64,000 bases of DNA, taken from the IMG/VR virus record IMGVR_UViG_3300036715_000626, positions 141,016-205,015 of that record, one strand, 5' to 3'. Of this stretch, positions 57,599-64,000 are shown in pieces. The stretch's first letter is position 1, and every line of letters starts with the position of its first letter. Both the position numbers and the translations under genes were made by a program. The notes below the pieces were generated by a model. It ran no database searches. It was not told the origin of the DNA and saw only the letters and a program-made list of their open reading frames with translations.

Positions 57599-58228
57599 TT
57601 ACTCGTACAAGAAACTGTTTATACGGGATACTCTATCAGAGTTTTTATTCATATAGTAGTTGTTAATATTTAAACCGGTTACTGTTTCAAATTTATTAAT
57701 ATAATACATAATATCCGCATTGCGGCGGTTCATGGTATGCGCAGTACTAAATAGTATTTTAGCATTAGGGTTCTTATCTAGAATAAGAATAGCGATGTCC
57801 ACACCATCGAATTCTACATAAGCTCCATCTTGCAGCTTAACGATATAACCAAGTGTTATATCTAAGATAGCGTAATCGACTTTACCATTTTCAATACTAC
57901 AATACTTATGTGCCATTAACCCTGCTCTAGGATCAAGACATTTAACCAAAGTGAAATCGTTTAAAACATCCTTCTGGTACAAACGTTTTATATTTTTAAA
58001 ATCTACTGAATAAAGTATGTATGTTTCTGGAATATCATCCATAATAAATAGATATGGTTTGTCACAGCCTACACAAGATACTTCTGCTGAGGGAACACTA
58101 GTATAGTCAATAGTTGTATCATATACTGTTTTAGCATGTGTTTCTGTTATAGCTTCCAGTACTGGAGATATAGCCGAAGTATTATCTTTCTTAAATAGTC
58201 TGGTTAATAGCTTTATATATTTTAGCAT
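57599..58228 (-). CDS. Stand-alone response regulator receiver (CheY-like) protein
   Basis: LFIMDD acidic pair, phosphoacceptor in DYAILDITL, FDGVDIA, ILFSTAH and YMNK; no DNA-binding output domain. Confidence 0.88.
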   Translation of the reverse strand: MLKYIKLLTRLFKKDNTSAISPVLEAITETHAKTVYDTTIDYTSVPSAEVSCVGCDKPYLFIMDDIPETYILYSVDFKNIKRLYQKDVLNDFTLVKCLDPRAGLMAHKYCSIENGKVDYAILDITLGYIVKLQDGAYVEFDGVDIAILILDKNPNAKILFSTAHTMNRRNADIMYYINKFETVTGLNINNYYMNKNSDRVSRINSFLYE

Positions 58229-58229
58229 T

Positions 58230-58670
58230 TTAGTTTCCTGTAAAGATTGATCGAATCATATCTAGTATTTCTTTTGTCAATGTTGGATTTATGTAATGTA
58301 TACCTACCAATATAACTATTAAAATACCGATAGAAATTATAATTTTACCGCTATCCGGAAAATCACTAAAAAACCCTTTACTAGGTTTAACAACAACAGG
58401 TGCAGCTTCAGAATTAACATTCTTTTTTAAACTAGAAAGCATTTCAATGTTAGCATCTATTAATTTATTTAAAGTTACTATTTGACTAAACTTCATAGTT
58501 TGCATAGAGGATTTATAATTACTATGTAACAATATTAATGTTTCGAATACTTCATCAGTTACATCTTTTAATTGTACTAAACGTGTAAAGTCATCATTGT
58601 TATCATTTTCAATATGAGTGTCATATATTTCATCTTTTAGAGCAAGCAATCTTTTTTCTACATTATCCAT
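58230..58670 (-). CDS. Helical protein with C-terminal transmembrane anchor
   Basis: About 105-aa helical N-domain, then IIISIGILIVILVGIHYI; AGGGAG RBS; stop 1 nt from the receiver start. Confidence 0.7.
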   Translation of the reverse strand: MDNVEKRLLALKDEIYDTHIENDNNDDFTRLVQLKDVTDEVFETLILLHSNYKSSMQTMKFSQIVTLNKLIDANIEMLSSLKKNVNSEAAPVVVKPSKGFFSDFPDSGKIIISIGILIVILVGIHYINPTLTKEILDMIRSIFTGN

Positions 58671-58719
58671 CTTTTTCTCCCTTAAAATCGTTAAATAATC
58701 AATAAATACTCAAAGATTA

Positions 58720-58750
58720 ATACAACACATAGCATAGCTATGTGTTGTAT
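58720..58750 (-). terminator. Hairpin upstream of the signalling cassette
   Basis: 14-bp stem atacaacacatagc-ata-gctatgtgttgtat; no clear U-tract, so read-through is possible. Confidence 0.6.
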
Positions 58751-58756
58751 CATATG

Positions 58757-59062
58757 TTATTTAGTAACGGTTTTCTCGATGTTAGATAAAACATTTGTTA
58801 TTGGGTTATCCGTACTAGCACTTGTTGATGTGTAGAATCCGTACGCTGCTGCTAGTGCTGCACATATTGTACCATAGAGTACATTGGTTGCTCCGTCTGG
58901 TTTACCCCATGCAAATATCATAACAATACCAATAGTAGATATTACCCATGTTACAAGGATAGTTAAAAGGACTGCTTTTCTAAATCGTGTAGGTTCACCT
59001 TCAGTCCATAGTATAAACTTACGAACATAGGTATTTTCGTTTTTAATAGTTTCTTCTTCCAC
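58757..59062 (-). CDS. Holin-like two-TM membrane protein
   Basis: 101 aa, GTG start with AAGGA RBS; RFRK, then TM1, a short turn, TM2 ending AYGFY, and a polar tail. Confidence 0.55.
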   Translation of the reverse strand: MEEETIKNENTYVRKFILWTEGEPTRFRKAVLLTILVTWVISTIGIVMIFAWGKPDGATNVLYGTICAALAAAYGFYTSTSASTDNPITNVLSNIEKTVTK

Positions 59063-59112
59063 ACAGTATCCTTAATTTTAAAATAATCACTAAAGATCAA
59101 AAAAATAACCTA

Positions 59113-59138
59113 GTATGAAGGTCATATGACCTTCATAC
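59113..59138 (-). terminator. Perfect 26-bp palindrome overlapping a stop codon
   Basis: gtatgaaggtcat|atgaccttcatac with an A-tract at 59099-59105. Confidence 0.7.
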
Positions 59139-59625
59139 CATTTTTAAGATTAAAGATCATGATTAGCGCATTATTAATCACGATCTCTATTACAGGGGGT
59201 TTCCCGAAGTCATAATCGACTAACTCTTTCTCCGGTACTTGTTTAGAACCCGTATTAATCGGGATCGTGTACATACCGGGATACTCACCTCTGGTAATGC
59301 TACCATTGGCAAGATATAGAACATTTATACCATCAGTGTATAAATCATTCTCTTCGGTGATTTTAATAACATCATTACTAGCACTACTAGTAAAATGTTC
59401 TATAAGTTCCCCTAAGTGACCTATTCGGTAAATATCGTGGTTAAAGATATTTTCATCTTTAGCTAAACGCTTACCGGAATTAATATAAAACAAAATACTA
59501 CCAACACTTCCATAACGTGCTGTATACAAATTGGTATAGAACACCGATCCAAAGATACGATGTTCTACTTGCTTAATTAGGACAATACTGTCTATCTTAT
59601 TTTGTTCTACTACAAATATGGACAT
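59122..59625 (-). CDS. Hypothetical protein
   Basis: Start reassigned to ATG 59625 (MSIFVVEQ) behind GAAGGAGG; a CATATTAT variant lies at 59656-59663. Confidence 0.65.
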   Translation of the reverse strand: MSIFVVEQNKIDSIVLIKQVEHRIFGSVFYTNLYTARYGSVGSILFYINSGKRLAKDENIFNHDIYRIGHLGELIEHFTSSASNDVIKITEENDLYTDGINVLYLANGSITRGEYPGMYTIPINTGSKQVPEKELVDYDFGKPPVIEIVINNALIMIFNLKNGMKVI

Positions 59626-59687
59626 ACTGTCCTCCTTCACTCTTAAACTATTTTTATAATATGTATTCAAAAAAAATTGAAACCTAT

Positions 59688-59715
59688 AGTAGTAACCGTA
59701 TATACGGTTACTACT
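59688..59715 (-). terminator. Perfect 28-bp palindrome
   Basis: agtagtaaccgtat|atacggttactact with an A-tract at 59669-59676. Confidence 0.75.
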
Positions 59716-61228
59716 TAGTACGCACCATTTTAGGATAATCCATAAGAATATATGTTTTTGCTTTAGGCTTAATAATCTTCGTTCGATCATGATGCATTTT
59801 AACTTGTTTAGGTATATCCTTAGAATAAAGATAACCATAGTATACTTCACGACCATCATCAAGTTTTCTTAACCTTCCAACATTTTGCAAGTTAGCTTGG
59901 ATACTACTTATTAAAACTGTTTGTAATACAGCAATAAGATTAGGTATATCAAGAGCCGTACCAGCACTTAGAGTAGTACTAAAACAGATATCACTTTCTA
60001 ATACGTTTACTAACGGGTCATCTTCCACATATCTTCGTACGTCAAATTGTTTATACTTACGATTAAAATGATTTGCTAGGACAGTACACATACGTATAGA
60101 CGCTGCGAAAATCAGAATCCGATCGCCCGGTTTCCTACGACTAATATATAAGTCCGCTATATAGTAATCGATCATGTTAATATACTCTCGCAAGAATACA
60201 CTATTGCGCATAAGCGTTTGTTCGAATAAGATATGGTTATAACCCTTAACCCCCATGAACCTAATTCCGCGTAACGATTCAATCTTATAGTTAATAGCAA
60301 TAACGTTAGCATATTTATCATACTCTACGATATTACTTATACGATTTGTAGCAGGAAATAGATTCATATACATTTTATTCACATCTGGTTGATTACTAAG
60401 TAACGTTGCAGATGAACCTATAAGGTATAATGGGTTAAGATATAAAATACATTTGAAGATACTATAAAATTCTTCATGAGTCTCATCATTATAGATAATG
60501 CCTATACCAAGAGTTTCAAGTATCTTATCGGGAGTTATCGGAAAAGTATAGCTATGACATTCCTCAAAATCGGTAATAAGATTCATCATGGTTCTACTAC
60601 TAAAAATAACAAACTTATACGAAGTATTTTTATCTTCAATAAGATGTAATAAACTTTCTTCACCCTGTACGATATAAATATCGTTATCAGTTACATCAGT
60701 ATACTTCTTAAGATCGATTATCCATTTCTCGATATACTTAGGTCTTAATAATAGACCTGTTCGCATATTGAGTTTAGCAACGGCAGCCATCGCTATGACC
60801 GATTTACCGCGACCTGTCTGTAGGTCAATAAGTGTTATTTTAGTGGCGTTTTCAGCTACTAATGCGTTTATATAAATATGTTGATAATCTCTAATAGTAA
60901 AAGACGAGTTAACTTTAATGTTAATGGGTTTAATATTAAAATTCTTACGATATTCCACATGTATCATATCTCTAGTGACATAATGGCTACCAAGTAACAG
61001 CATGAAATCTTTTAAATTCATTATACTGAATCTATACGTATTGGTATGTGGTAAATGTGACATGAATATCTTATCACGCTGTCGTATATTTCGTTTAAGT
61101 ATTTTATCATATACAAAATCATAAGTAGACAATTCGTTTATCATAATGTTTAAAACACTATTCAGTTTTTCATCAAGCAGCTTAACGGTGAATGATGTGT
61201 TAAATATTACTATTTCTAAGCGTTTCAT
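59711..61228 (-). CDS. Superfamily 2 helicase (phiKZ gp75-like)
   Basis: IRDYQ Q-motif, LQTGRGKS, DETH, SAT, SAGTALDIPNL and QNVGRLR. Confidence 0.88.
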   Translation of the reverse strand: MKRLEIVIFNTSFTVKLLDEKLNSVLNIMINELSTYDFVYDKILKRNIRQRDKIFMSHLPHTNTYRFSIMNLKDFMLLLGSHYVTRDMIHVEYRKNFNIKPINIKVNSSFTIRDYQHIYINALVAENATKITLIDLQTGRGKSVIAMAAVAKLNMRTGLLLRPKYIEKWIIDLKKYTDVTDNDIYIVQGEESLLHLIEDKNTSYKFVIFSSRTMMNLITDFEECHSYTFPITPDKILETLGIGIIYNDETHEEFYSIFKCILYLNPLYLIGSSATLLSNQPDVNKMYMNLFPATNRISNIVEYDKYANVIAINYKIESLRGIRFMGVKGYNHILFEQTLMRNSVFLREYINMIDYYIADLYISRRKPGDRILIFAASIRMCTVLANHFNRKYKQFDVRRYVEDDPLVNVLESDICFSTTLSAGTALDIPNLIAVLQTVLISSIQANLQNVGRLRKLDDGREVYYGYLYSKDIPKQVKMHHDRTKIIKPKAKTYILMDYPKMVRTK

Positions 61229-61251
61229 AATTGCCTCCTTTAAAAAATAAG

Positions 61252-61273
61252 TAAGCGGGGAAATTCCCGCTTA
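61252..61273 (-). terminator. Short GC-rich hairpin
   Basis: taagcggg-gaaatt-cccgctta with an A-tract at 61242-61247. Confidence 0.6.
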
Positions 61274-61636
61274 TGGTGTTAGTAGCATCTGTATTAATGC
61301 TACTAATAATAGTGTATTACACACAGCTATAGTATACATAAGTGTGTATACCACTATCAAATAAACATCGAGTGTTTTGTAGGGTTTCCAGAACAATGCA
61401 GTTAAAAACAATATCATAAGTGCTATTCCGAATATAACTAAATACATGGATATATCCGTGTACTGGTTAAAAACATAACCAAGGTAATGCATACAGTACC
61501 ATACAATACCCCAATTAAAACTATTTATTATTACCATCCCGATATTGTAAAAAGTTACATATTGGATTAGTCTAACTAATTTCCAATTAGTACCTAACGA
61601 CATGACATCAAGATGCAAAAGTCTATTTATAAACAA
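61271..61636 (-). CDS. Three-TM membrane protein
   Basis: Hydrophobic 121-aa ORF with TTG start and AAGGAG RBS. Confidence 0.65.
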   Translation of the reverse strand: MFINRLLHLDVMSLGTNWKLVRLIQYVTFYNIGMVIINSFNWGIVWYCMHYLGYVFNQYTDISMYLVIFGIALMILFLTALFWKPYKTLDVYLIVVYTLMYTIAVCNTLLLVALIQMLLTP

Positions 61637-61646
61637 GATAAACTCC

Positions 61647-63659
61647 TTAGTTTACAATTGATCCGTAGTAGTCCAAGATAGTCTTATTAGGAGATAACAG
61701 AACATCCAGTGGGTGGTCGCAAGCATTGCGTCCATTAAACGTACCTGGTGAAAGTATGGTATGTATAACACGTTCCCATGCATATGAACCACCAGCACTT
61801 CTATTAGGTAGGATACCTTCGATTTTCATCAACTGTGTGTCATCACTGTTTCTACCGAGATCGTAATTCTTGTCTTTAATAGACATGATACTAAATGCAT
61901 ATACAATAACTTCTAACAAAGCAATGTTAACATTTAGTTTGGTATTAACCGTATCGAACAATGATTGTAGTAATGACTCTTGTGTTTCAGAACTACGCAC
62001 ACCTTTAACAATTTCCATATGTTTAAACATAGAAGTAACATCCTTAGAAAGTGCCAAGAAGTTAAATTCTACTTGCGGTAGAACAATAAACGGAATAGTG
62101 GATTTCCATCCTGAAAGATCCATTACGTATCTATCCATATCGTCCAGTACATACCCAGTATTGATAATGTATTTTAGGAATTCATACGTAAATGATCCGT
62201 ACTTACTTCCTTCCTTAACAACGATTGGATAATACTTATCTTTACCATTATCATTTACTACCAGTATAAACGAATCGATACGTGTCACCCGTGAGATGTT
62301 CAGTGTATAGACATCAACGGTTTTGTTCAAGTCTTTAATACCGAATGCCGCAAACTGTGTAACGATCATCCGGTAAGAGATATTCTTCTTACCGATAATT
62401 CCTGGTTTGAAACCATAACCATTCTTGCTCTTAACATTGAAGAACATCTCAGCATTCTTATCCAAAACAATATCACCGGTAGTTGCGTTCGAGGTAATAT
62501 GTTTAGTAGATAGGATATTCTGAGAAATTTGTTGTGTTAATGTAGTACTACAGATATGTCCAATACTAGTATGTTTATGAATACCATATGATAGTTCTCC
62601 AAAACATGCTGTACATATTTGTCGTTTATCGGGTAGTTTACATTTAGTAGCAATACGCAACTTAATGGTGTTACCTTCTAAGTATTTATGCTTCTTAGTG
62701 ATAACCTCTTCACGCCCAGTATCTTCATTAAGGAATCGTTTACCAATAAGATTATCGATATCGGATTTACCAGTAATCTCAGGACCTCGTACATACCAAT
62801 GTAAGTAATCTTTGTTACCACAGTCACCGTCAACTAGATTTTCTACCATCATAGTAACCAATTGTAACTCACGCGCTGAATACTCACTCGTTTGAATAGC
62901 TTTATTCGATAAGAACAACGCTTTAGCGCCTGAACGTGATTCAACAGCTAAGTCATACAGATCCGACATACCTAACGTAAATGACGACGCGATAGGGTAT
63001 TTAAAGATACTACTATCAATCTCAGTAACATAACCACGAGACGCAAGCATTTGATTAACTTGGTTCTTATTGAAAGTTCCTGAGATATAACCACGAGCTA
63101 TGATGTTATTTCGTAACTCTGGTTTAGTGTAAATAATTCGTTCTAGTATTTCATAAGTCTTATTAACGGTTTCAAGAGTCTTTTCAGTATAGACATCTTT
63201 CATAGCCGATATTAACTCTGGATCGAACTGGATATCCAAAAAGTCTTTAATATTAATAGACACCGCATAGTGAATATTATCATACGTAACTTCATTATAG
63301 ATATCGTTAAAGATATTATACATACGTTCATACACTACTGGTAAGAACTCTCTGTTATCAAGAGGTTTGATATACGCCACAACAATAGCTTCCAGTATAA
63401 CTTCAAAAGCTTTGTTAATTGTTTTAGCGGTATAAATACCATTTGTGTAGAAGTTAGTAATACTGAACTCAGACCGGATAGCTAATTCTGGTACAAGTTC
63501 CAATACACCAAACACATAACGGTTAACTATGATCTCACGCGATGTAAGATTAAGTACTACGTTATCTTCAAAAAGAACGGAATGGTTTTGTTTTAACCCA
63601 CTCATAAGTTCTTTAGGTTTAAATTTCATAAACTCTCTTACAGGTACTACTTTAGACAT
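61647..63659 (-). CDS. Non-virion RNA polymerase beta'-like subunit (phiKZ gp74-like)
   Basis: QMLASRGYVTEID, bridge-helix-like ESRSGAKAL...SEYSARELQL, GDCG, Zn site C......ICTACFG, and trigger-loop-like TQQISQNILSTKH; adjacent to the SF2 helicase. Confidence 0.88.
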   Translation of the reverse strand: MSKVVPVREFMKFKPKELMSGLKQNHSVLFEDNVVLNLTSREIIVNRYVFGVLELVPELAIRSEFSITNFYTNGIYTAKTINKAFEVILEAIVVAYIKPLDNREFLPVVYERMYNIFNDIYNEVTYDNIHYAVSINIKDFLDIQFDPELISAMKDVYTEKTLETVNKTYEILERIIYTKPELRNNIIARGYISGTFNKNQVNQMLASRGYVTEIDSSIFKYPIASSFTLGMSDLYDLAVESRSGAKALFLSNKAIQTSEYSARELQLVTMMVENLVDGDCGNKDYLHWYVRGPEITGKSDIDNLIGKRFLNEDTGREEVITKKHKYLEGNTIKLRIATKCKLPDKRQICTACFGELSYGIHKHTSIGHICSTTLTQQISQNILSTKHITSNATTGDIVLDKNAEMFFNVKSKNGYGFKPGIIGKKNISYRMIVTQFAAFGIKDLNKTVDVYTLNISRVTRIDSFILVVNDNGKDKYYPIVVKEGSKYGSFTYEFLKYIINTGYVLDDMDRYVMDLSGWKSTIPFIVLPQVEFNFLALSKDVTSMFKHMEIVKGVRSSETQESLLQSLFDTVNTKLNVNIALLEVIVYAFSIMSIKDKNYDLGRNSDDTQLMKIEGILPNRSAGGSYAWERVIHTILSPGTFNGRNACDHPLDVLLSPNKTILDYYGSIVN

Positions 63660-63728
63660 ATTACTCCCTCTCGGTTAATCACTACAACTTACTTAGATAA
63701 AAATTTTATCTAAGAGTATTCTACATAA

Positions 63729-63736
63729 ATAATATA
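63729..63736 (-). promoter_or_regulatory. Putative early promoter TTTAA-cca-TATATTAT for the nvRNAP subunit
   Basis: + strand aataatatatggttaaa, about 70 nt upstream of ATG 63659. Confidence 0.65.
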
Positions 63737-63764
63737 TGGTTAAATGCTGGTGAAAAAAAAATAT

Positions 63765-63792
63765 GTAGACTAGCGGTTACCCGCTAGTCTAC
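63765..63792 (-). terminator. Hairpin terminator
   Basis: 12-bp stem gtagactagcgg-ttac-ccgctagtctac with an A-tract at 63753-63761. Confidence 0.75.
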
Positions 63793-63989
63793 TATAACGC
63801 GTTGATAATAGCAGCAAAATCTTTGTAGCATTTACTGTTAACTATGATCTCGAAAACAATTCGACGCATTTCGATTGCTTTTTCCAGTTGTGTTTCTGAG
63901 TCTGTGTTCCATATATTATGGTACATAAGCCGGATGGATTTAGCTTGCGCTAAACCACTAAACTCTTTAAAAATCGCATGTTTACACAT
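63792..63989 (-). CDS. Hypothetical protein (start uncertain, near the window edge)
   Basis: 65-aa ORF ending at the hairpin. Confidence 0.45.
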   Translation of the reverse strand: MCKHAIFKEFSGLAQAKSIRLMYHNIWNTDSETQLEKAIEMRRIVFEIIVNSKCYKDFAAIINAL

Positions 63990-64000
63990 ACCATGATCAA

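Noticed and set aside
58230-58670. HPt phosphotransfer protein (LLHSNYKSS)
   Set aside because: The spacing differs from the HxxKGSS consensus and the kinase is not a hybrid type; too weak to call without structure prediction.
59626-59862. N-terminal 78 aa of the 246-aa ORF in the track
   Set aside because: It runs through the helicase end, a terminator and a promoter motif; the strong RBS indicates a start at 59625.
1444-63792. CRISPR array or REP/MITE family explaining the palindromes
   Set aside because: The palindromes differ in sequence, occur singly at gene ends, and have no repeat-spacer periodicity, cas genes or transposase.
1-64000. tRNA, rRNA or large ncRNA genes
   Set aside because: Intergenic gaps are short, and those inspected are explained by small ORFs, promoters or hairpins; I saw no cloverleaf. 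A covariance-model scan would be needed to exclude them fully.
1-64000. Stop-codon reassignment
   Set aside because: Long genes are intact in the standard code, and TAA, TAG and TGA all end genes at coupled junctions.

Overview
This is a 64-kb, AT-rich segment of a phiKZ-like (Chimalliviridae-type) jumbo phage genome, with most genes on the minus strand. Two core blocks anchor the call. At the left are a DnaB helicase, the major capsid protein and a gp122/gp123-like pair; at the right are a non-virion RNA polymerase beta'-like subunit and an SF2 helicase. Between them lie lysis enzymes (M15 peptidase, permuted NlpC/P60, GH108 lysozyme), three tailspike/fibre genes, an early/metabolic region (dCMP deaminase, divergent ThyX, class II RNR, TopA, DHH phosphoesterase, dTMP kinase, AAA ATPase, secreted nuclease, HEPN-like protein) and a second structural block with repeat and Kelch-like proteins. 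The most striking element is a five-gene cassette flanked by terminator-like hairpins at 54.7-58.7 kb, directly downstream of a holin-like gene. It encodes a membrane-anchored helical protein, a stand-alone receiver domain, a membrane histidine kinase with a Cys-rich insert, a small exported protein and an outer-membrane beta-barrel, so it looks like a phage-encoded, envelope-spanning two-component signalling system. Non-coding structure includes 21 long palindromic hairpins at gene ends, a recurrent minus-strand TATATTAT early-promoter motif, an in-frame coding relic behind a tailspike stop, a 76-bp near-identical patch shared by two tail paralogs, and a 23-bp tandem duplication that frameshifts a gene. 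Some genes hint at a Campylobacterota host. All family assignments come from motif recognition by eye; no database searches were run.
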